DNA of 64,000 bases from Pristiophorus japonicus (Eukaryota), in assembly GCF_044704955.1 (NCBI RefSeq), contig NC_091995.1:47430001-47494000 (forward strand), in the 5' to 3' direction. Positions 22,283 to 35,353 of the stretch are shown here, one piece after another. Position 1 is the stretch's first letter. Each line of letters starts with the position of its first letter. Made by a program: the position numbers and the translations under genes. The notes below the pieces were generated by a model, which saw only the letters and a program-made list of their open reading frames with translations, made no database searches and was not told the DNA's origin.

Positions 22283-24528
22283 CAGGGTAGCCTTGAGGAA
22301 GAGTTCATAGCGACTATCCAGGATCGTTTCCTTGTGGAATCAACCAGGGAGCAGGGTTCTTAGATCTGGTACAGTGTAATGAGACAGAATTAATAAATAG
22401 TCTCCTAGTAAAGGATCCTCTAGGAATGAGTGACCATAACATGGTTGAATTTCAAATTCAATTGGAGGGTGAGAAAGTTGGATCTGAAACCAGTGTCCTA
22501 AGCTTAAAAATAGGAGTCTACAAAGGTATGAAGGCAGAGTTGGCTAAAGTGGACTGTGAAAATAGACTAAAGAATGTGACGGTTGATGAGCAATGGCCGA
22601 CATTTAAGGAGATATTTCATAATTCGCAACAAAAATATATCCCAATGAGAAGGAAAGGCTGTAAGTGAAGGGATAACCATCTGCGGCTAACTAAGGAAAT
22701 AAGGGATGGTATCAAATTAAAAACAAGGGCATACAATGTGGCCAAGACTAGTGAAAGGCCAGAGGATTGGGAATCTTTTAAAAGCCAGCAAAGAACGACT
22801 AAAAAATGATAAAGAGAGGGAAGATAGATTATGAAACTAAACTCGCACGAAATATAAAAGCAGATAGTAAGAGTTTCTACAGGTACATAAAAAGGAACTG
22901 ACTGGCTAAAGTAAATGTTGGTCCCCTAGAGGATGAGACTGGGGATTAATAATGGAGAACGGGGAAATGGCCGAGCCGTTGAACAAATATTTTTTATCGG
23001 TCTTCATGGTAGAAGACATTAAAAACATCCCAAAAGTGGATAATCAAGGGGCTTCAGGGAGGGAGGAACTTAATACAATCACTAACACTAAAGAAGTAGT
23101 ATTGGGTAAAATAATGGGACTAAAGTCAGATAAGTCCCCTGGACCTGATGGCTTACATCCTCGGGTCTTAAAAGAAGGAGCTGTGGAGATAGTGGATGCA
23201 TTGGTTGTGATCTACCAAAATTTACTGGAGTCTGGGGTGGTCCCAGCGGATTGGAATACCGCAAATGTAATGCCCCTATTTAAAAAAGGAGGCAGACAAA
23301 AAGTAGGAAACTATAGACCAGTTAGCCTAACATCTGTCATTGGGAAAATGCTGGAGTCCATTATTAAGGAAGCAGTAGCGGGACATTTGGAAAAGCATAA
23401 TTGAATCAAACAGCGTCAGCATGGTTTTATGAAAGGGAAAACACGGATAGAGGATTGGCTAACTAACGGAAAACAGAGAATCAGGATAAATGGGTCATTT
23501 TCTGGTTGGCAAACTGTAACTAGTGGGGCAACGCAGGGATCGGTGCTGGGGCCTCAGCTATTTACAATCTATAGTAATGACTTCATTGAAGGGATCGAGT
23601 GTAATGTTGCCAAGTTTGCTGGTGATACAAAAATGGGTGGGAAAGCAAATTGTGAGGAGGACACAACAAATCTGCAAAGGGATATATACAGTCTACGTGA
23701 ATGGGAAAAAAATTGGCAGATAGAGTATAATGTGAGGTTATCCACTTTGGTAGGAATAATAGAAAAGCAAATTATAATTTAAGTGGAGAAAAATTTCAAA
23801 GTGCTGCAGTACAGAGAGACCTGGGGGTCCTTGTGTATGAAACACAAAAAGTGAGTATGCGGGTACACCAATATTCAGGAAGGCAAATGGAATGTTGGCC
23901 TTTATCGTAAGGGGGATATAGCATAAAAGCAGAGAAGTCCTGCTACAATGGCACAGGATATTGCTGAGGCCACACCTGGAGTACTTCGTCCAGTTTTGGT
24001 CTCCGTATTTAAAGAAGAATATACTTGCATTGGAGGCTGCACAGAGACGGTTTACTAAATTGATTCTGGAGTTGAATTGTGAAGATAGATTGAGTAGTTT
24101 GGGCCGATACTCATTAGAGTTCAGAAGAATAAGAGGTGATTTTTTCGAAACATATAAGATAATGAGGGGGCTAGACAAGGTGGATGCAGACAGGATATTT
24201 CCACTCATAAGGAAACTTAAACTCGGAGACATAGTCTTAGAATAAGGGGCTGCCTGTTTAAAACTGAGATGAGGTGGAATTTTTTCTCTCAGAGGGTCGT
24301 AAACCTATGGAATTCTCTGTCACAGAGAGCTGTGGAGGCTGAGTCATGGAATATATTTAAGGCATAGATAGACATATTTTTGAATGATAAGGGAATACAG
24401 GGTTATGGGGTACAGCCAGGAAAGTGGAGCTGAGTCCATGACCAGATCAGCCATGATCTTATTAAATGATGGAGCAGGCTCGAGGGGCCAGGTGGTCGGC
24501 TCTTGCGCCTATTTCTTATGTTCTTATG
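22283..24528 (+). mobile_element. CR1 LINE (degenerate ORF2, internal deletion) inserted among older CR1 fragments spanning about 21880-25050
   Basis: SDHNMVEF, KSPGPDGLHPRVLKE, NYRPVSLTS, RPHLEYFVQFWSP; tail ttcttatgttcttatg. Confidence 0.88.
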
Positions 24529-25522
24529 ATCATTTCCAGAGGAATAGTATCAAAAAAAAGGAATTTATGTTAAACTTGTACTGAACCTTGGTTAGGCTAC
24601 ACACAGAGAACTGCGTACACTTCTGGTCTCCATATTACAAAAAGGATATAAAGGCATCGGAGAAACTGCAAAAAAAGATTTAAAAGGATGATACCAGAAT
24701 TGAGAGGATATTAGTATGAGGAAAGGCTGAACAAGCTGGGGCTCTTTTCTACAGAAAAGAGAAGGCTGAGATGATAAAAGTTTTTAAGATTATAAAGCAA
24801 TTTGATGGGGTAGATATAGAAAAGATGTTTCCACTTGTGGGGAACCAAAACTAGCGCCCATAAAAATAAGATAGTCACTAGTAAACCCAATAAAGCATTC
24901 AGGAGAAAAAATTTTACCCAAAGGGTGTTTAGAATGTGCAACGTGCTGCCACATGGAGTAGATCAGGTAAATAGCATTGAATCCTTAAAGGGGAAGTGAG
25001 ACGAGTCCATGAAGGAGGAAGGAACAGATGGCTATACTGATAGGGTTAGCTGAAGTGGCTATCTTTTTTTTTCAAATCACCTCATGTAATTCTGGGCAGT
25101 GTTTCACATTGTCATAATACATTCTGTGAAAATGTTGCTGGAACTGATTTTATTCATATCAGTTCGTAAATATAAATTTAGAAGTTAATTTATTTGGGTG
25201 AAAAAATGCAAACAATGGCAATTTCCTGTCAAGGACATATCACAGCCAGGTAAAGATTTCAAGGTATAACATCCAATAGCCAGCACTGGTTAATTATGTC
25301 AACAAAACCATTATATTTACTGATAGCACTACACCTTAAAAAACTGTAACTAATTCATGACTGTTCAGTCTACTGTTTCCAATTAGATTTTATTGTGTTG
25401 TTTTGTAGTTTTCAGATACCTCCCCATAGAATATTATGCAGAAAATGGCCATAACTTGGAATTAAGAGATACAAATCTATGCATGCAGGAATAGTGAGTG
25501 TTACAATGGATACGGGGAACAA

Positions 25523-27415
25523 GTGGATAAGGGGGAACCAGTGGATGTGATGTATTTGGATTTCCAGAAAGCATTCGATAAGTTGCCACATAAAAGGTTA
25601 ATGCACAAGATAAAAGTTCACGGGGTTGAGGGTAATATATTAGCATGGACAAAGGATTGGCTAACTAACAGAAAACAGAGAGACACGATAAATGCGTCAT
25701 TTTCTTGTGGGCAAACTGTAACTGGTGGGGTGCCACAGGGATCGGTGCTGGGATCTCAACTATTTACAATCTATATTATTGAGTTGGATGAAGGAACCCG
25801 AGTGTAACGTAGCCAAGATTGCTGATGATACAAAGATGTGTGGGAGAGCAAATTGTGAGGACACAAAAAGTCTGCAAAGTGATATAGAAAGGCTAAGTGA
25901 ATGGGCAAAAAATTGGCTGATGTACTTTAATGTGGGAAAGCGTGAGGTTATCCACTTTGGCAGAAAAAATAGAAAAGCAAATTATAATTTAAATGTTGAA
26001 CAATTGCAAAGTGCTGCAGTACAGAGGGACCTGGGGGTCCTTGTTCATGAAACTCTTTTGAGTTTACCTGCAAAAACATAAACATTAAAACCATACCACC
26101 CGACCTGGGTGACACAGCAGACATTTTCAAGGCCCCTTTTTAAAAAAATTTTTTTTTTTGGGGGGTTTTTTTGGGGCGCTAAAATCAAATTTCCTTGTTC
26201 ATGAAAGACAAAGAGTTAGTATGCAGGTGAAGCAAGTAATCAGGAAGGCAGAGTAATTGAACATTGGGAAGCCTTCAAAGAGAGGATGGTTCAGGTAAAG
26301 ATTAGACACATTCCCTCGAGGGGAAAAGGAAGGGCATCCAAAGCTAGAGCTTCCTGGGTGACTGATCATATAGAGATTAAAATGCGACAGAAAGAGCAGC
26401 TTTATGACAAATGTCTCATTCATAATACAGTAGGGAATGAAGCTGAATACAGATAGGACAGTGGTGATCTAAATGAAGAATAAGAAGGGCATAGAGAGAG
26501 TATGAGAATAGATTAGAAACTAACATAAAAGGGAACATAAAAGCATTTTTTAAATATAAAGAGTAACAGGCTTGTCACAGGAAGGGACCAAAAAGGAGAT
26601 ATTCTTGTGGAGGGAGAACATAATTGAGATAATAAATAAATACTTTGCACCTGTATGAACACAATATTTGAAGGTGGCAGGACAAGTTGACAAGGCTGTT
26701 AAAACGATGGGATCCTGGGCTTTATTAATACCGGAATAGAGCACAAAAGTAAAGAAGATATGGTAATCCTTTATAAAACACTGATTAGGTCTCAATTGGA
26801 ATATTATGTTCAATTCTGGGCACCAAACTTCAGCAAGTATGGGTCACGACGTTGGAGAGGGTGCAGAAGAGATTTACTAGAATGGTACCAGGGATGTGGA
26901 ACTTCAGTTATGTGGAGAGACTGGAGACGCTGTGGTTGTTGCCCTTAAAACAGAAAAGATTTCGAGGAGATTTGATAGAGGTGTTCAAAATAATGAACAA
27001 GTCAGGAGAAACTATTTCCAGTTGCACAAATATCGATAACCAGTAGTCACAGATTTAAGATGATTGGCAAAAGAACCAGAGGAGACTTGCAGGAACAATT
27101 TTTATGCAGCGAGTTGTTGTTATCTGTAATTCACTAAATGATAGGGTGGTGGAAGCAGATTTAACAGTAATTTTGAATTTGGATTTCGATAGATATTAAA
27201 GGGACAACAAAAATACAGGGCTACGGGGAAAGAACAGGTGAGTGGGACTAAATGGTTAGCTCTAGAACAGAGCCGACATAGGCACAATGGCCCGAATGAC
27301 CTCCATGTATGCTGTATTATTCTCTGATTAGATGGAGTTAAATACCGATCAGCCATGGTCTATTCGAGTGGTGGAAAAAGGCTCGAGGGACTGAATGGCC
27401 TCCTCCTATTCCTAA
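25523..27415 (+). mobile_element. Cluster of CR1 LINE fragments
   Basis: [51 protein letters not shown]. Confidence 0.82.
26053..26191. mobile_element. 139-bp insertion flanked by a 15-bp target-site duplication
   Basis: tccttgttcatgaaa at 26038-26052 and 26192-26206 splits a CR1 RT sequence. Confidence 0.7.
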
Positions 27416-28226
27416 ATTAATCTTGGTGATATTGGAGGTAAATTGTTTAACATATTGGTATAACATTACTTTGCCTGTTATTTTAATGCTGCAGCCTATT
27501 TACAAGTGGGATATGACCTGTGTTAAAGCAGTGGACAATAACATGTCACACTAATATTGTCAACTATAATTTCAGGCAGAACATGTACAGCGGTACAGCA
27601 AGTAATGAGAGGCAATGAACAAGTGTTTTTGTAGTTTGGTCTGAAAATCCTCTTTTCTTTCTTTTAGCAGTGCCTCAACCTGTACATAGCAAATAGATTT
27701 ACAGCTTCACTTAAAGAGAAGACGGTTATATTTTTAGATTGTGCAGCTTGTAAACTTTAGACCACCCAGCAAAAATAGTGAAAGTCAAACAGTCTATGAG
27801 CAGCCTTTCATTGACCTTAACAAGGCAAGGTAGTGTTACCATTGAGGTTTGCATCTGTTCTGTTAAGGTACAAACACGGGATAGGAGATTGTTGATGATC
27901 TTAACAGCCAGCTCTATAACCGCTACCCATAAAGTTCAGTGGGAAATATTCTCGCTGGTGTTTTCTATTTGTTTCACAGATTTACTCCAGGTTCAAGTCT
28001 TTGCCGTTGACCAATGTGTTCTTTTCTAATCCAGTTCTGCCCGCAGTTCCTAAAGCTAGGAAGAGGGCCGCAGATTTCTTCCCGATGCCGGGAGGTGATT
28101 TGTTTCCCAGTGGATTGAATGAGTTTTACGGAACGAGATAAACAGAATAATGTGGGAGAGGATCGGAAATCTACAAAACCTTCCGGTCTCACTGCGCAGG
28201 GTTTTAACTGAGCGACTCTCTGAAAA

Positions 28227-28278
28227 ATGTTCCGCTTTGTTTTACTGAACCTTTGCTATTTTCAAAGGGCGGTTCCTG
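28227..28278 (+). CDS. MHC-I-like exon 1 (signal peptide)
   Basis: aaaATG, MFRFVLLNLCYFQRAVP plus G, donor gtaagt, phase 1. Confidence 0.75.
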
Positions 28279-28369
28279 GTAAGTCAAACCACGGGACTTG
28301 TGCGGCTATATTCTTTATTGCACGACATGACCGCCAGCGTGAACAACATATTGGACCCGTGTATAATCT

Positions 28370-29055
28370 GAGTTAGTTACACTGACTTACTCCGTGTTTA
28401 GTCCAGTTTACACAAACTGTTTCCATGTTTAGTCCGGGTTACACTGACTGTCCCATGTTTCGTTCGGGATACACTGACTTACAGCGTGTTCAGTCCGGGT
28501 TAGACTGACTGTCCCGTGTTTCATCCGGGATACACTGACTGCCCTGTGTTTAGTCCCAGTTACACCAACTGTCCCGTGTTTAGTCCGGATTACACTGACT
28601 GCCCTGTGTTTAGTCCGGGTTACACTGAGTTTCCCGTGTTTAATGCTAGTTACACTGACGGCCCTCGTGTTTACTCCGGGTTACAATGACTGCTTCGTGT
28701 TTAATCCGGGTAAACTGACTGCCCTGTGTTTAATCCAGTATATACTGACTGCCCTGTGTTCAGTCCGGGTTACATCGACTGTCCTGTGTTTAGTCCGGGA
28801 TATACTGACTGCCCCATGATTCGTCCGGGATATACCAACTGCCCCGAGTTTAGTCCAGAATAAACCGAGTGCTCCGTGTTTGGTCCGGGATGCAGCGACT
28901 GTCCAATGTTTAGTCTGGGTACACCGACTGCTCTGTGTTTAGTCCGGGATACACCGACTGTCCCGTGTTTAGTCCTGTTACACCGACTGATCCGTGTTTA
29001 GTCCGGGATACACCTACTGCGCCCCCCGTGTTTAGTCCAGGTTAGGCCGACTGCC
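28370..29055 (+). repeat. 30-bp minisatellite, about 23 units, in MHC-I intron 1
   Basis: Consensus near TACACTGACTGTCCCGTGTTTAGTCCGGG(T/A), contiguous units. Confidence 0.92.
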
Positions 29056-30725
29056 TTGGACCTTGTGGATGCCCTATGGGAGCTCCTGTGCTGGTTGAAT
29101 CTCTGAGGAGATGATATGGGCTTGTGTGGTGCTGGACGCTGAAGAAAGTTGCCGGCAGACTGACTGCAGGAATGGAGTGATGTCCATCAATTGTAGATGG
29201 GGATTTGTGCTTGAATCAGGCCGACGCGTTGCCAAGTTTGGTTGGCCTCATTTCTGGATGTTTCAGCACATGACCTCCAGTCGAATCACACCGCCTTTAT
29301 TCCCCATCTCCAATACATTTATAATTGCGACTTTTTCAAATGTAATATTTCTCCCAAGTTTCTTGCAGCGGTATCCAGGCGATTAATCTTTAATTCCTAG
29401 ACATTGCAAGAGAGTTGGAAAACCTAAACTCCGCCAGTCTGAGAGATACAGTTGGCGGGGTCTTGATAATGTCGTGTGACTCACACTTTGCCAATATTCA
29501 TTATGACCCCGTCTATTTCTGGCAGCAGCTCTGGCCACCTAAATGATGGACTGTCTGAAAATCAGAATGTGTGGAAAATGACCCAGTGGTCAGTAGTTCG
29601 GTGTCCTTGTTACTGCTCATTGTTGGTCACCAACACGGCAGCAGCAGCTAGCAAGGATTTGTATTGGGTTTAGAGAGAGGGCCGTCATAACTGGGCAGCA
29701 GAAGAGAAACATTCCCTGACTATATTCGGGGCAAGGAGCCTCATTCGCTGGGAGTGATGTTCTGTTGTGCGTGAGGATCTGAGCTGCCAGGACATACTCT
29801 TGACAATGGCCTGGAAGTGCACCGACGTTTTGTCTCCCTGGTCTGAACACGCTTGTTGGGAGCATGCTGTCCCACATAGAAATAAAGGCCATATTCATTG
29901 AAGGATACATTTATGTCCAGATTTTCATTCCAACAGATCCAGTTGTTCTAATTTAGGATTTGTGCACCAATCGGGTAATGGGGCTAAGGACCGTCCTCGC
30001 TCAAAAAATCCAAACTAGACCAACAAAGAAATAAATGTAGAGTTAAATGAGTCTCCTGGTGTCACATGCCAGATTGGCAGGGTCTGTAGGCCCATGTGGA
30101 TCACATTTTGCAACACTTGAATTTTCTGGTGGCAGAAAGCGTGTCTTTCAACCTTGTAATCCTAACAGAACTAGATCATCATCTCATGCACTCTCTCGTG
30201 GTTCTACACACACAGAAATAGGATATTGACATGACAGATGAGTTACCAGCCGCCACTCGAGCGTTCTCCCAGCTGTAGGGACAGGAGATGGGCAGTATGC
30301 CAGGAAGCGTTTCCCGGATCACGCCCTTTGGCTCCCTATTTAAACCTATTTTCTTTTCTACATCCACCCATGACTGATCGGGTATTTCATGCCCCAGCAA
30401 TCCTCGACTGGAAATGAATCTATGGGGAGAAATGAACGTTGGTGAACTGCAAAACGCGTGCAAGTGGTTCAGTTGGTCGTCAAACAACCCATCTGATTTT
30501 CCTCCTCATTGACTTCAGTGGAAAGGAAAATCATGCGGTGCATTTACCGCCCAACTCACACTCTGGCTTCAATTGAATTCCACCCCAACCTCTGACCTCT
30601 GCGCTCAACAGATCAATCACAAAGGGCTGATTTACTGTCAGCGTCGGGTAGAAAACTGCGGTAATGGGTCTACATTTCTAATATTTGGTCTTCTAATGAC
30701 GGGGATTTTTAAAATTCTGTTCCAG

Positions 30726-30986
30726 TGTCTCATTCTCTGCTATATTACTACACCCTGAGCCATGGGAGTGCTGATCTGCCGGAGTATAGTTTCCTGGGAC
30801 GTTTGGACGGCTCTGAGACAACCTATTACGACAATAATATGAACATAACTGTTCCAAGACAGCACTGGATGGCGAAAGCATTTAACAAGCGATACTGGGA
30901 AGAATGCACAATCACTCAAGCGGGTTTCCACGGTATCATCAAGGGACAGTTTGATAGATGGTTACAGCAGGGCAGCCAAACATCAA
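30726..30986 (+). CDS. MHC-I-like exon 2 (alpha1)
   Basis: Acceptor ttctgttccag; SHSLLYYYTL...LPEY...GRLDG...YYD...PRQHWMA...YWEE...SQTS; donor gtgagt; 261 nt. Confidence 0.93.
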
Positions 30987-31022
30987 GTGAGTGGATTGAT
31001 TTGAATGAGTGCAGTAAACTGT

Positions 31023-32282
31023 GGGGTCATTTAAACTTGGGGGATTCCTGCCATCAGCGATATCGAATGGATAGCCCATTGTCCACCCCGCCTGATTTTC
31101 CATTCCATTATACCTTCAATAGAAAGGAACTTCAAGCGAGGTGTACAATGGGGAACTAATTGGATATGGCCCACTTTGTACGATGTCTGGAAGGTGCCAT
31201 TAACTCTAATTAATATTTTTAATACTGATGGTGAAATTCAATGTCGGTGGGTATAAAATGGGCAGTAACAGCGAGTCCGCCCTTTAAACAGACTGTCTGA
31301 TTGTCCTTTCCATTCAGTTGAAAGTAAAATGGGCCGAGGTATATAACAGGCAGCTTTCCACTACCACCCGTTTCGCAACCCTGCTGAAATAAAATTTCAT
31401 TCCCGGGAGAAATTTTAAATATTATCACAGGCGAAATATGGGCGCCTGTGAATCAGCTGCCGTTTTACATCTGGATCGATTTTCTGAAATTCGGACATGG
31501 TATAAAATGGGCGGTGGATTCACTATTGGCCATATTCACCTGTTGATAAAAGGTTTGAAACATCCACCGCCGACCAGTGATTATTGAATGATATTGGTAT
31601 TATTACATTCAATTAATTGTGTTGATAATATTCGATTTATTGAATGGTTTTGCTGGTAATTTTACACGTAACACATCATATGCTTGCTGCGATAATGTTT
31701 AACTCTTCAGGCAAAAATGTAAAGTTGTCAATATCAGACCTGCCTCCCGTTCTACACCTTGCTCAGATTCCATTTCCATTGGGTGAGGTACATAACAGGC
31801 CTGCTTTAAATTGTGGCCAAAATTTAAAATCCCCCACCGATTCACGGTAATATTACCTTTCATGAAATATATCAGTAATAGATTTACTGAATGACGTTGG
31901 AAATATCACATTTTTGAATCATATCGGCAAAATTGTGTTTATTGAATTATATTCATATTATTGCACTTGTTGAATGGAATTGGTGAGCACCTATATAATA
32001 TGTATGTATACATTTTATGGTTCTAATGCCCTCTTATATCCAGCAGGTGGTTTATCAGAAAGGCGTACTGCACTGCCCGCAGTTTCCCATCCATGGACTA
32101 TTTTGTTTTATCTTTGCACAATAGTGTAAAATGAGTGATATCAAACTGACTGCCCAATTTTCTCCCTGCCTGATTTTCCCTTCCATTGACCTCAGTGGAC
32201 ATGAAAATCTGGCTGGTGCAAAATGGGCAGCCGATCCAATATTGCCCATTTTACACATTCACCCAAAGTCAAAATTACCCCC
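31023..32282. mobile_element. Several short palindromic MITE-like elements (related copies near 30440-30590 and 34903-35030)
   Basis: Recurring hairpin cores such as gattttcccttccattgacctcagtggacatgaaaatc and ends ggggtcattt...aaaattacccc. Confidence 0.55.
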
Positions 32283-33119
32283 ATGGAGTCAATTCCACTG
32301 TAACAAGGTTGGAGGACAGGGAATGTTACCTATGCTGTTAAAACAGAATTCAGTCCCCAATTTAATGTCATACATTCTGGCCTGTATCCTGGGCTAATAT
32401 TCGTGCATGTTATCTGTAGTTCAGTAGAAAAATTAATAGAAAATTGTGATGGTGAGAAGTTGAGTTGGTTTATATTGGGGATTTTCCAGAAGTATAGGTT
32501 GAAGTGTTGGACAATATAACACCGAGGCATTACAGTGCCACCACCGGAAGGTGTGTAAAATTACAGCCTGCTCATTTTACAGCAGCAACTCCCATATTAA
32601 ATGGTGGCATATGGAATCATAGAATGAGACCATATGGAAAGAGGCCATTCGGTCCATCGTAGAACGGTCACCCATTACACCCTTTCCCAATTCTCCCTTC
32701 CTTTGGGGCCATCGTGAATTGGCTGCCAATGTTACATCTTTGAAGTTAACAGAGAAATAAATGGGTCAAGTGCAGACTGGGCTACTGATCCACTCTGCGC
32801 CCATTTCCCACTTCTGACAAAGACAATTTTTACCCCATCAGGGCATTGATTATAGCATCAGGGACTTGATGCTGATTTCCACAAAACACTGTTAAGACAT
32901 TGTTAGCGTGTTAATGCAGTTCTGAGCACCTATATTAACACCAGGAAAAGTGTTTCACTAGAATGAGTGACTGTAGTTATGAAAAATAAATTGAGAAGTG
33001 GGGCATTTTCACAGAAATAGACAAGGTTCACGGAGGATGTGAGAGGTTTTCAAAGTTTTGTTGCTTTTTCAGAGAGTAAACAATGAATAATTGTTCCCTT
33101 GCCTGAGCTAACAGAAGGT

Positions 33120-34196
33120 TGATGAGGCTAATGAGGTACTATACATGAATTTAAAAAAGGTCTTCGACAAAATTGAAGCCCATGGAATGAAAGGGATAGT
33201 GGCAGCATGGACACGAAATTGGCTAGCGATCGGAACTTGGACCACTGCTTTTCTTTAGTTATATTCATGGCTTGGATGTGGGTGTAAAAGGCACAAATTC
33301 AATTTTTTCAGATGACACAAATGTTGGAAGTATAGAGAACAATGAGGAGGCGAGTGATGACTTCAGCAAGACATAGACAGGCGGATGGAATGGGCAGACA
33401 TGTGGCAGATCAAATTTAACGCAGTAAATTGTGAAGTGATGCATTTTGATAGAAAGAATGAGGAGAGGACATATAAAGTAAATGGTACAATCATAAAGGG
33501 GGTCCCTGATCAGAGAGACATGGGTGTATATGTGCAAAAATCATTGACGGTGGCAGGGCAGGTTGAGACAGCAGTTAAACAGGCTTACGTGATCCTGGGC
33601 TTCATAAATTGAGGATTAATTTAAAAAGTGTGGACGATGCTGTCTAAAACACTGGTTCGGCCTCAACTGGATTATTGTGTCCAATTCTGGGCACCACACT
33701 TTCGGAAGGATCTGAAGGCCTTAGAGAAGGTATAGAAAAGATTTACGAGAAGGATACCAGTAATGAAGGACTTTAGTTACGTTGATAGAGGTGAGAAGCT
33801 GGGCTTGTTCTCCTTGGAGAAGAGAAGATTGAGAGGAGATTTGATAGAGGTGTTCAAAATCATGATGGGTTTGGACAGAGTAGATAGAGAGAAACTGTTC
33901 CCAATGGCAGACGTGTCGAGAACCAGAGGACACAGATTTAAGGTGATTGGCAAAAGAACCTGAGGAAACGTAACTAAATACTGTTTTACACAGCGAGTGT
34001 TTAAGGTCTGGAATACACTGCTTGAAGGGGTGGTGGGGGCAGACTCTAAAAGGGAATTGGATAAGTATCCGAAAGAAAAAAAAAATCAGGGCTACGGGAA
34101 AGGCCAGGATAGTGGGACTAGCTGAGAGCTGGCACGGCTCGACAGGCCGAATGACCTTCTTCCGTATTCTAACCATTATATGATTCTATGATTCCA
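33120..34196 (+). mobile_element. CR1 LINE 3' fragment in MHC-I intron 2
   Basis: WQIKFNAVNCEVMHF, LGLFSLEKRRLRGDLIEVFKIM; tail tatgattctatgattc. Confidence 0.87.
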
Positions 34197-34610
34197 TAGC
34201 GAATTGTTAATAAGAGGCACTCAGTCACTAGAACAACGATGGTAGAAATTAGGATTTTTCCCGTTAGAATATGCAATGTTACTGAGGCAGTTACCACAAC
34301 ATAACTTAAAAGGGAGCTCAATAAATTTATGAAAATGAAGATGCTGGAAAGAAATGAACGTCGGCAGGGAAATAGAACTAAAGCAGAAAGTCTCTGTCTA
34401 AATTTGGCGCCAAATGTTCTCTTTCTGTGCTGTAGATTCTATATCTGTGTGTAACGATGCTTATTTCAAATACTAAATTCCATTTCTACCCTAAGTAATG
34501 GAGAGACTGACTAGATGTGCAGTGACTAGAAAATAGCTGACGTTCTCAGACGGACGGTGTGAAAAAAGCGATAATTATGTAGCTATTGATCGGTTGAATA
34601 ACTGTTCTAG

Positions 34611-34886
34611 GTACTCACTACATTCAAGGACTGTTTGGCTGTGAGCTGCATGATGCCAATCCTATTGGAGGGGTTCTGAAATTGGCTTATGATGGAAGAT
34701 ATGCATTTAGTTTTGATAAAGACACATTGGTTTGGACTGTACATGATCCAATAGCTCAGACGTCCAAAGTGAAATGGGATAAGGAAACAAAGTTGAACCG
34801 TTACTTCAAGAGCTTGATAGAAAAGGACTGCGTGAATTTATGGAGGACCTACTATTCAATTGGAAATGTATCACTAACCAGAAAAG
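34611..34886 (+). CDS. MHC-I-like exon 3 (alpha2)
   Basis: Acceptor actgttctag; THYIQGLFGCEL...AYDGRYAFSFDKDTLVW...KVKWD...EKDCVNLWRTYY...LTRK; donor gtaagt; 276 nt with both conserved Cys. Confidence 0.95.
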
Positions 34887-35094
34887 GTAAGTTCAGAACA
34901 ACCTGGGGATAGTGTACAATGGGCGATATTGGACCATCTTCCAGTACGCACCTCGCCCCATTCTCCTTTAACAGGCAGCCGATCCAATATCGCCCATTTT
35001 AGACTAGCGGCATAAGTTCAAGTGATCCCCCTGATTTTATTTTGAAATGTGCACCTTTTTTGAAGTTGAAAATAACTGTCTTTCTATCATGTAG

Positions 35095-35353
35095 TTTCCC
35101 CTGAGGTCTCAGTTATTGCCAGGGCTGGTGATCGTTGGTTTCTCCACTGCATTGTGATTGGATTTTACCCGCAGTCCATCAATGTGACCTGGTTGAAGAA
35201 TGGAGAACATGTTCATGAGACCAAATCTACTGGAGTATTACCCAATGAAGATGGACGTATCAGCTAACGACAAGCCTTGAATTTATGATGGGAAACAATA
35301 CTCCTGTCATATTGAACACAGCAGCTTGTCAGGTGGGAAGACTGTCCCCTGGG
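35095..35353 (+). pseudogene. MHC-I-like exon 4 (alpha3, C1-set Ig), frameshifted
   Basis: PEVSV...LHCIVIGFYPQSINVTWLKNG...VLPNEDG, shift to TYQLTTSLE, shift to YDGKQYSCHIEHSSL...VPW; 259 nt; premature TAA at 35265-35267. Confidence 0.92.

Noticed and set aside
25415-25495. Possible isolated exon (YLPIEYYAENGHNLELRD) with AG/GT ends; similar micro-exon-like sites near 2465 and 25235
   Set aside because: No recognisable homology and not phase-compatible with the nearby leader exons
28370-29055. CRISPR-like or RSS-like repeat array
   Set aside because: Units are contiguous with no unique spacers, there are no cas genes, and no CACAGTG plus ACAAAAACC pairs
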